DNA of 43,338 nucleotides, the filler included, from Jimgerdemannia flammicorona (Eukaryota): NCBI GenBank assembly GCA_003990765.1. It is 2 parts of 2 records of this genome, joined end to end, with 100 filler letters (N's around TTAATTAATTAA, not from the genome) between each part and the next. Parts side by side here need not be neighbours in the genome. Positions count along the whole stretch, not along the records: positions 21,724 to 43,338 come from RBNJ01001421.1; 1 more part is not named here. One strand, written 5' to 3'. Both the position numbers and the translations under genes were made by a program. Below the pieces are notes generated by a model. That model was not told the origin of the DNA and made no database searches. It worked only from the letters and a program-made list of their open reading frames with translations. This document shows positions 34,409-43,338 of this stretch, one piece after another (within the stretch, counting starts at the first letter, position 1; each line of letters starts with the position of its first letter).

Positions 34409-35645
34409 TGTGATGAAGCTATGGGGCATCTTCGAACCTTACCCCTGATAGTGACATATGCATTGTGGCATCAGCATCGGGGAAAGTGCATTCACGTGGG
34501 TGTGATTATCACACCCACGTGAATGCACTTTCTCCAAATTTACATGTGTGTGGTCTGGGCCGAGAAATTGGCCTAGACCCTTGTGTGACTTTAAATATAT
34601 GATAATAGTCAAGTCTGGATACAATGGTCGATTTGTGGGTCTATTTCCTTATTGGGACAGTTCTCTGGGTGTAGCGGTGATTTGTGTGGCACGGGTGTTC
34701 TCCAAAAGTATGCGATTTCTGGCATGACGATCTCTTGTATAGTGCTACGATCTCTGTGTAGTGCAGCAGGTTCCTTATGCGTGACGGTCTGGCAATTTGG
34801 CATGATGATCTTAGTGTGGCGATCTCCAAAAGTATGCGGTTTCTGGCGGATGACTTGATTTGGTGCGGATTCTTCTCACTGGGAATGGGTGAATAACTCG
34901 GACAATGTAGATGGCGGATAATTCAATAACTCAGATAACTCGGATGTCGCGGATTCTTCCTGAATCGGCAGGCTCTTCTGGGAATAATAACTGATAACTG
35001 GTGGGGGATTCTTGGCAAGTTACGTCAAAGGCTGGCTTTGATTGTGCGAAGAAATCACTGCGAAGTTGCATCTAATAGACTGGCTTGGTGACAAGGATTG
35101 GGCTCTCTGGGAACGGTGGACTTCTTGAAAATGGCGGCTTTTTCTTAGCAGCAGATTACCCAAATGGTGGTGAAGTTCTTCTCTCAAACTTGGCAGCAAA
35201 CTCAGGCTTTGTATCAGAAAGTGGACCAGAGTAGAAAAGGAATACTTTGCTCACAATCTCCTAGCAGTGGCTGTAGAGTTCCTCTCAAAGTGTGGTAGAC
35301 AGACTTGTCTTTTGCTTTTGGATTCAATTTCGGACTGAGGTTTATTCACTCTTGTCTCTGGGGTATTTTATGTATTGTGGTTGCTATCTGGTTGCTATCT
35401 GGATAATTATAGATTTACCATCTCTGGTAATATTTGGGTGTGTCTACAGGACATGAGTGTGTCTGCAGGATATGAGTGTGTCCACAGGACATGAGTGTAT
35501 CCACTAGACACAGGTGCGTCCTCAGGATATAGATAAACAACCCTGATTTGGTACTCTGGCTAATTATAAGTGTGACATATACAAGTAACTATGCTATGCT
35601 GGGAGTTTCCATCATCTGGCTATGTTATGCTGTTTGCTTGTCACA
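34409..35645 (-). repeat. Element C 3' LTR (about 1237 bp, divergent from B LTRs)
   Basis: Starts TGTGACA right after the PPT and ends ...CATCACA. Shares blocks with the B LTR (GAGTGAATAAACCTCAGTCCGAAA). Five 19-bp units at 35438-35532. The right end is inferred from the TG/CA terminus only. Confidence 0.75.
34482..34532. repeat. Perfect 25-bp inverted repeat with 1-nt spacer
   Basis: GAAAGTGCATTCACGTGGGTGTGAT-T-ATCACACCCACGTGAATGCACTTTC. Confidence 0.97.
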
Positions 35646-35764
35646 TCAGCCCCCACTGTAGATAGTCTGTCTCAGACTGTTCTTCAGTTATCATCCCAAT
35701 AAGTATAAGCAGCTTCTGCATCTATACCTATTCCATCATCTTCATTATCTGTACTATGATCACT

Positions 35765-36199
35765 CTATTCTAAAGGCTCTTCTTCTTCTTTAGGAAATAG
35801 GATATCCACTTGGTAGATAATACTGAGATAGGTGGATAGGGTCATCTTTTAGAGATCATTCAGAGAGAACTGGACCTAGATTAGGGCTGAAGGGTTTCAT
35901 TTGTAGATTGTGTATAATCTTTCTACAGCAGTAGTATTTCTTCTGTTCAGACCAGTGGTGTTGCAGACATAAGCCAGATCTGGGAGGAGAAGATTCTACA
36001 ACTGTTATCCAATTACATAGTAGGCCTACAGTCAGTAGATCTGGAGTAATCTCTTGGCCAGAGTAATGTTTTCTTGATGAACTCTGATTCTTTGAAAATA
36101 TGTTCCATTGGGTTCTTGGAACTGTAGCAGGAAAACTGGTAGGGCTTGGAGAGAGCTGAGGACAAGAGTCTGGAGGTAGTTGTCAATTCTCTGGTTTAT
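35765..36199 (-). pseudogene. Element C accessory ORF3
   Basis: Homologous to 30618-31052 (QRIDNYLQTLVLSSLQALP...AYYVIG...TTAVERLYTIYK...EEEEPLE*); start decayed to ATA, several stops. Confidence 0.78.
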
Positions 36200-37258
36200 G
36201 GTATAGAGAGAGATATATCTTGAGATGATTGATATATACTGGTGTCCTCAGGGTTTATCCATTCATACTTCTTAAATAGATGCTGGTTTCTCTGATATTG
36301 TGTACAAGATAAGGTCCTTCCCATTTAAGCTCTAGTTTGGCAGCAAAGTTTATTTCAATCATGCTTCTCCAAACTATTACTTGATCTCCAATCTTGATCT
36401 TCTGATCCTTCTATTTCTGATCATAGTACTTCTTTTGTCTTTCCTAGACCTTGATTATCTGGGCTTGGGCCTGATTATATAATCATTCTGCTTTCTTGAG
36501 GATGTCTCCGAGGTTCTCATGGTCAGCAGTTCTAGTCTTCTTGACAAACATCATCTTGAATGGCTTTTGTTTAGTAGAGGCAGCAGGTGTTCTAAATTTC
36601 CCATAGGTCTCAGGTAAGCAGAGATTCCAATTGACAGGATTGACTTGACAAGTCCTTTCTTGATAGTCTGATTGATTCTTTCTATTATGCCATTGGTCTG
36701 GGGATGGTATGATGTGGTTTGTTTGAGGTAGATCTTGTGAATTTGAGCATAACTTGTGATTATGTTGTTGATGAATTCTGTGCCTTGGTCAGAGATGAGT
36801 TCTTCTGGAGATCCATATCTCAGTGTAAGTCTATGGAGAAGGCCTACAATAGTTAGGGCATCTGTGATTTCCATTGGTAAAGCCTCAGGCCATTGGGTTA
36901 GATGTTCTACAAATACAAGGATGTACTTGTTACTTCTTGGTGTAACTGGTAGAGGTCTAATTACATGTACTCCCTATCTCTGAAAGATGTTGTTTGGTGA
37001 TATAATTAGTTGTAATGGTGCTTGATGGTTCTTCCTTCTCTGGTACTTCTAGCAGGTATTACATTTCTTGAGTATGTCCCAGACTTATATTCTGAGGTTG
37101 GGCCAATGTTGATGAGTTGTTTACAGCTTTTTCTCTATATTCACCTGTCCTTGATTGGCTCTCTGATGTTCTTTTCAGATGAGATCTTCTTGTGCCATGA
37201 TGGTCTGAGAAGCTTTCTTTAGAGTGTAGTTTCTTGGAAAACCCTTCTTCTGATTTAT
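36196..37258 (-). pseudogene. Element C integrase
   Basis: Colinear with B IN: ISDQGTEF, YHPQTNGIIE, KWEGPY. Confidence 0.88.
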
Positions 37259-38718
37259 TGAGATTGATAGGAAAGTATATCAATATTGTTGTGAGCTTTC
37301 CCTGCTTTGTAGGTGATAATCCTGAAGAATAAGGATCCAGCAGACTAGGATTCTGGTAGGTTCTTTATGGTTGAATAGCCATTTGAGGGCTATATGGTCA
37401 GTTATCAGGTTGAATCTTTTTCCAATTAGGTAATACTTCAACAGAGCAACTGCCCATATGACTGCAAGGCATTCCAATTTAGTGCTGTTATAGTTCATCT
37501 GCTGCTGATTAGTAGCTTGGCTTATATAAGCTATTATATAGTGTAGTTGGTCAGGTTCTTCTTGGGCTAGAACCTCTCCAAGGCCATCTTTAAAGGCATC
37601 TGTATATAAGATAAATGGCTTCTGTAGATTGGGGCAGACAAGAATTGATACTGTGGTCATGTGGTGCTTGAGTTCCTTAAAGGCTAGTTCTTGTGATTCT
37701 GTCTATTTATAAGGTACTCCTTTCTTGAGAAGGATTTGAATTGAAGCAGCATTTTGGGCAAAATCCTTGATAAACCTTCTGTAGTAGGATACTAGCATCA
37801 GGAAGGATAGTGTTTTCTTCAGGGTCTTGGATATTGGCCAATTGTTGATCTTCTCAGTTTTCTTTGAGTTTGTATGAGTTCCTTCTTTTGAAACTATGAA
37901 TCCAAAGAATTCAAGTTTCTGTTTCCCAAAGTAGCATTTCTTGGTATTGAGTCTCAGGTATTCTTAAGGATAAGCTTAAAGAATTCCTCAAGATAGTGCA
38001 GGTGTACTTTGAAATTTACTGAATAGATGTTGGAATCATTCATATATATGTACAACCAGACAGTAATGGATCAAGGGGAAATAGACTGAATTCATCATTC
38101 TCTAGAATGTGGGAGGTACATTGCAAAGTCCAAAGAGTATCTAGAGGTATTCAAACAGTATTCCTAGATCAAGGAAGGTTGTCTTCTGAATGTCATTGGG
38201 ATCCATGGAGATCTCATAGAATTCTGTGAAAAGGTCCATACTGCTGAAGTATCTAGCATCTTGTAACTGGTCCAAGAGGTCATCAATTCTGGGCAAAGGA
38301 TAGATATCCTTTTTGATTACTGAATTGAGTTTCTGTAGTCTATGCAGAGTCTCCATCCTCCTTTCTTTGGTACAATAAGTAAAGGGCTGGCCCAAGGGCT
38401 TATAGAGGGTCAGATGACTCCATTGTCTAAGAGTTCTTGAATGTGCTCCTTTTTGAATGTCTTTAGGTGATAAGGTATTCTATAGGGTTTCTGTCAGATG
38501 GGTGTTGCATTTTCTGTATTTATACTGTGGTGATATGATGGGTTATATGGCAGGTTGCCATAGTCTGTAGTGAAGATATCTTGATATTTGTTGAGGAGTA
38601 CAACTAGTTGTTGCTGTTGCTGGGGTGTCAATTCTTCTCCAATGTTGGTGGAAGGCTTCACTGTCTCCTGAGTCGCAGAGGGACCTTTCCTTTCTTCTGG
38701 GACCTTTTGCTGTTTCCC
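37255..38718 (-). pseudogene. pol: Element C RT - RNase H
   Basis: KLNSVIKKDIYPLPRIDDLLDQL, MDLF, FILYTDAFKDGLG, TDHIAL; many stops and indels. Confidence 0.9.
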
Positions 38719-41700
38719 AATAGGTTTAGTTTGTAAACTTCCCTATGAGTTCGATTGAGAAAAGGCACCAGATGTCCTATAATAGTTCCTTTTGACAAGA
38801 TGATGGTTTCCCAACTCTGGTTGGTTGCTTGAGAGTGCACTGAGTTTATCTTGTCAGGGAATGTTTGTCCTTCAATGTCCAGATTCAGGATATCTTCATT
38901 GGGTTTGAAGAAGAGGTTTCTGGGGTTGGGTGGTGTTAAGATTTCGAAGGTGGTTTGCTCTCTAGGCTCCAGGATGAGATTCTTATATAGTTTGACTGAT
39001 TGGTTACACTTGCTAAGGGACATTACTCTTAAGGTGGTAGACCTGAAGGAGATGTACTTCTTTCTTATCTGAGCTTCCAAATTCTTTAGCTTGTCTCATT
39101 CCTTCAGTCAGTTTGGAGACTTCTTGTAATTGTGGGGTCTTGACTTTCATGAAGACTGCTTGAGCAATCTTCTGTCCTCTCATGATTCACTGCCATTCTG
39201 TACTACTGTTGTGCAGAATGATCTTGATTTCACCTATATATCCTGGATCAATAGTTCCTCCTTCTATAGTTATTTCTTGTCTGGCAAGTCCAGACCTTGA
39301 GGTCAGTTGAATGTAAGTTCCTTGGGGTGGCTGTATGACTAGTCCAATTCCAATCATCAGTGTTCCTCCAGGCTTGATGAGTTCATCATCCAGATTGTGG
39401 AGGTCATACCCTACATCTTCTTGATGAGTTTTGATTGGAGGTTTGGCCTTGGGATGTAGCAGGGCATACTGGGCAATATCCTTGCTGAGTTCAGGCTATC
39501 TTGTACTGAAGCTCTACTAGTAGAGAGCTTTCAGGCTCTGTAGTTGAGGTGTGGCTATCAGGCTCCAGTAGAGGGGTCTCAGAGATAATTGATTCCTCTG
39601 TTTTCTTATAGGGTCTAGGGCTTCCATGAAGTTGGTGGCATCTTCTACCCATCCTTAGTGGGTTGTATATCTGATAAGAGCCAGGATATCTTCTCCTAAA
39701 TCATAGATATTGGGGTTCTTTTTCCTGGCTTCTTGGTCTGGCTTTTTTAGATCTGGTCTCTATTATCTCCTCTCTTCAAGGTGTGGATTGCAACATCATA
39801 ACTGAGGTGAACCTTCTGTTGTCTACAGTCTCAGCAGTCTATGTGCCTTCTATGGTAACAATATCCCATTGCTCAGAAGTGCTATTCCCAGTTGTTGATC
39901 TCTAGTTGTCTTGAGAATCAGTATCTATCTTGGTCATAGGTTGGGGGAAGGGTGGACAGGGGGTATATTTCTGTTTGGGTGAAGAGACCTGGTTCTCTGA
40001 ATCAGCTTTGTATTTGGTGATAACTTCTTGGAAGGTATTTGACTGTGCAATAGTAGTTGGGGGTTCCAATCTTTGGGGTCTCTGTCTTTCTTGTTGGTCT
40101 AGTAGATGGCACTGATAACAGTAGTCTTGAGGAGAGTGAAAGACCATTTGATGTGGATGTCTTCCTAGTCAAAAGACTCTTTCTTGGTGAGTTTCTTTCT
40201 TAGGAATGATGGGGATTGTGCTGGGTCCTTCTTCTATATTCCAAGGATCATTATCTTCAGATGGTGTCCACTGAGTGTCATCTCATAGAATGAGTTCAGG
40301 AACTTCTTCTTCTTCAAGTACTTCTTATTCAGGGACCTCCTGTTTAGGGGTTTCTTCTTCCTCAGATGCTCCTTGATCCAAAATTGCTTGTACTTCTGCA
40401 GCTTTAGTTGTAGGTATTTCTGAATCATATCTGCACTTCTTCTTCTTTCTTCTGCAGTTGGGGCAGGCTGTACCAGGTGAATTCCTTATCTCAATAATCT
40501 TGGAGGAGTGCTCAGAGCACTTGTGTCTTTTGAGACAGGTAGGGCATTCTTTGATTTCACCTACAATGGCTCCAACAATGATGGGGATAGTGTTTCTGGC
40601 CCACATATTGTCTTCTGGTCTGTAATCCACTAGGTTGATTTGGGGATTGAGTCTGGGATCATTTCCATCTTCAGATTCTTTATCTTCTTCTGTGGTAGAT
40701 TCTTTACTACTGACATATTCTTCCTAGATAAAATATTTTTCTTCTTTGATTGCTCATAGCTAGTCACCTTGACTCTATACTTCTTATCTTGGTTGTCAAA
40801 CTTGAGTACTTGTTGACCGATATCAATAACTGTATTCATTTCCTTCATCCAGTTAGTGCTAAGAATCATATTATAGGTACTAGCTTTGGTGACAACAGCT
40901 TTCAGGATGGAAAGCTGAATGTGTCCAAGAGAGATGGTGATGTTTTGTACTTCCCCAAGAGGTTGAGTTTAGGCCCCATCTGCCACTATGATGCTGAGGT
41001 TAGATGGTCCATCAATGGGCCATTGGAGGGTATTCAGAAATCATTTAGTAATAATACAGATAGCTGCTCCTGTATCTATGAGGATTTTCATCTTTTGTCC
41101 TCAAATATCTCCATATAGGTAGGTGCTGACATGTCTCTCTGTAGCTTGGATAGGAATGGGGGCTGGTTCTTGCTTTGGAATTAGTATCTGGCCAGTGCTA
41201 GACCTGGTGTTCCTTAGCAATTTATTCCAGACTCCAGCTAGTATTGGTTGCAGAAACTGCAGGAGAGGAACTTTCACCTTGACTTCTTGAATCTTCTGCC
41301 AAGCTTCATTGTAGATGTCTCTGGGCATGGTCTTTGGGCTGTACTTCTTCTTGGACTTTGGGGCAGTAGGTTTCCATTCTTCTTATTCTTTTCTTCATCT
41401 TCTAGAGGTAGCTCATTTGTCTTAGAGACAAAAGGTGAGGGAGATCAGGAAGGTGTTTCAACTTGCTCCTCTTCATCTTTCTCTTGGATTTTTCTGCTAA
41501 TATTCCTGGATGGCCTTCCTACAGGTCCTTTCTTTTTTCTGCTTGGTAGACTGTCTTTTGGATGATGATTATTGTTGGGTACAAGTCCAGGTTACTGTAG
41601 TCTTCACTATTGCTTTCTTCTTTGAAGTCTTCAATAAGATGGACTTCATTCTTCTTACACTGAGTGTCATTCCTTCAGTTTGGTGGTTCTGAGTCCCTTC

Positions 41701-43146
41701 AGTTGATTCTTTTGTTGTCATATTCAGTAGTATAGTGTCCAAATTATCTACAGTAGAAGCATTAGACTTGGGCTCTGTCTTGGACAGGGTATCTTCTTTC
41801 TTCTTGCTGGTAGTTCCTATTGTCTCTTGGTGGATAACCTTGGTTTCTCTGTGGTGGATATCCTCTGTTGTCTTGGCAACTCTGATTTTCATATATGGTA
41901 AGTTTTTGATCTGTCCAATCAATTGATCCAACTTGGAACTGAGGTCTTGAATTTCACTTCTATCCTTCTTTCCTTCTTTAACTAATCTTCTTTCTTCAGA
42001 TCTTTCTTATCCTTGAAGGAGTCCTTGTAGGGCCTTGACTAGGATGTCTTCTTTGTCATCCTTCTTGTCATAGTTACTCCAGGTAGTTTCTTGTCTGACA
42101 TCAAAGAATCCCTGGGCTGCATCAACTTGTTCTTCAGACCTTCTGATGCCTAGGGTGCAGATACACTGAGCAATATTCAGGGGAATTCTATTCATGAAGA
42201 TCATTGGACCTATGATGTCTTGGTTGGTTCCATTGAATCCAGCTGCATGCATTCTCTTCTGATTTCTGATGAAGAAGGCTCTGGGTGATTCTCTAAGGAT
42301 CATCTTTATTCCCATGATGGATTCTTAAGCTTTGTGGTGGGTTTCATTTCCTGCATATTTTTGGATAAACCAGTGGACCATGGTTATGTATTCTAGCTCA
42401 TAAGATGTTGCTGCTTATATTTCTATTACAAGTTATGAATGTGAGTCATTTGTTATTTGGTGGAAGATTCCTCTTGCTGATTCTCTGAGCTAGGCTTTGT
42501 AGATGGTCATTTTCCTTTTGTCTGAAAGATTCCTTAGAGCTGCAATTCCTTCAATTCCATCAAGGAATTCTGTAGAGTCTTCCTCTGGATATTCTGTGAA
42601 GGTTGGCAATGGGGAGGACATTTTGTCATCACTTTCTTCTGGTTCTGATTTGGGTTCTGATTCCGATTCTGACTCTGGTTCACTTCCTGAACTATTGCTG
42701 GGAGTGGGGGTGATTGGGTATCTTGAGGATGGTGTTGTAGACCTTGGATGAAGTAGAATGAACCTAGATATTATTGAAGGAGATGCTTCTGGTTCTTCAG
42801 GGACTGGTGGTAAGGGTTCAGTAGGTGAGATCAGTGGGACCTCTTTGGGGTATCTGGCTGCAGGATTCCAGACTAGTGTATTGAGATCTTCTAGTTCTTG
42901 TGCTAGTTCTTCAAAGTGTCCAACAGGGTTCCCTGTGTTGTCCGGTTGATCTGATTGAGGATTTCGGGCTATACTGACTTCTGGTTGAGACCCTTCTGAT
43001 GCTGGGTAATTGGCAGCTCTTGAGGTGATTACTTCTCATTCTGTCCAAATGCTGGTAATGACTGGTTCTCCTATAGTAACAGAGATTACTGTTATATCAA
43101 ATACATCCAGTTTGACTGTAGGTTCTTGGAGGCTGAAAAGTCACAT
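38658..43146 (-). pseudogene. gag: Element C ORF1: Gag-PR-Cys/His modules-dUTPase-dUTPase-like
   Basis: Colinear with B 23636-28145, with the same terminal stop. Confidence 0.88.
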
Positions 43147-43160
43147 CAATTTTGGAAATA

Positions 43161-43178
43161 TTCCCAGTTGAGCCCCCA
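43161..43178 (-). promoter_or_regulatory. Element C primer-binding site (tRNA-Pro type)
   Basis: TGGGGGCTCAACTGGGAA on the minus strand. Confidence 0.75.
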
Positions 43179-43325
43179 TAATGTGCCCAGCTCAATGGAG
43201 GCAAATTACAAGATTGGGGGGTTGATGTAGTTTGGCTTGAGCCCTCAGTTACTTTGTCAAAAAGTATCAAAATGTTCTAAGATTCCTGAGGTCCTTGGTG
43301 TTTAGTGGTATAATAGTCAAGTCTG
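43179..43325 (-). repeat. Element C 5' LTR remnant (U5 end, B-type), bounded by poly(T) at 43326-43338
   Basis: Aligns with the last about 147 nt of the B LTRs; lacks the terminal CA. Confidence 0.85.
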
Positions 43326-43338
43326 TTTTTTTTTTTTT

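Larger units (their letters stand above)
34409..43325 (-). mobile_element. Element C: second copy of family B, more decayed internally, 5' LTR truncated, 3' LTR of a variant type
   Basis: Colinear with B from U5/PBS (43161-43178) through gag, PR (DTG at about 41076), dUTPase (about 39070-39470), RT/RH, IN, ORF3 and PPT. Confidence 0.93.

Noticed and set aside
34440..34500. Hammerhead ribozyme in the structured LTR end
   Set aside because: CTGATAG and CTGATGC do not fit the CUGANGA core, and the required three stems could not be built.

Overview
Eukaryotic (fungal-like, by inference) repeat-rich region made almost entirely of nested, mutationally decayed retroelements. It is split by an artificial 100-nt contig linker at 21624-21723, so adjacency across that point is not established. 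Main contents: (A) a full-length Ty3/Gypsy LTR retrotransposon, 7639-16445 (+), with 1.55-kb LTRs and a TTAT TSD, inserted in a heavily decayed Copia relic, plus a second LTR of the same family at 1-194 (-); a younger L1/Tx1-type LINE, 16561-21623 (+); (B) a full-length Ty3/Gypsy element of a second family, 22327-32504 (+), with an ATAT TSD and tRNA-Pro-type PBS; (C) a second copy of family B, 34409-43325 (-), with non-matching LTR ends. There are also LINE 3' ends, a solo-LTR-like insert, minisatellites and two host-like pseudogenes. Comparing copies reverses most C>T/G>A decay and reveals an unusual virus-like, polycistronic Gypsy architecture: Gag-PR-(Cys/His modules)-dUTPase, a probable -1 frameshift at G GGA AAC into RT-RNase H, an integrase encoded as a separate ORF starting at an ATGA (or ATGnnTAA) stop-start overlap, and a further ATGA-coupled accessory ORF. 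A probable homologue of that accessory ORF sits as a reconstructable 280-aa ORF inside the LTRs of family A. No intact host gene, RNA gene or CRISPR array was found.
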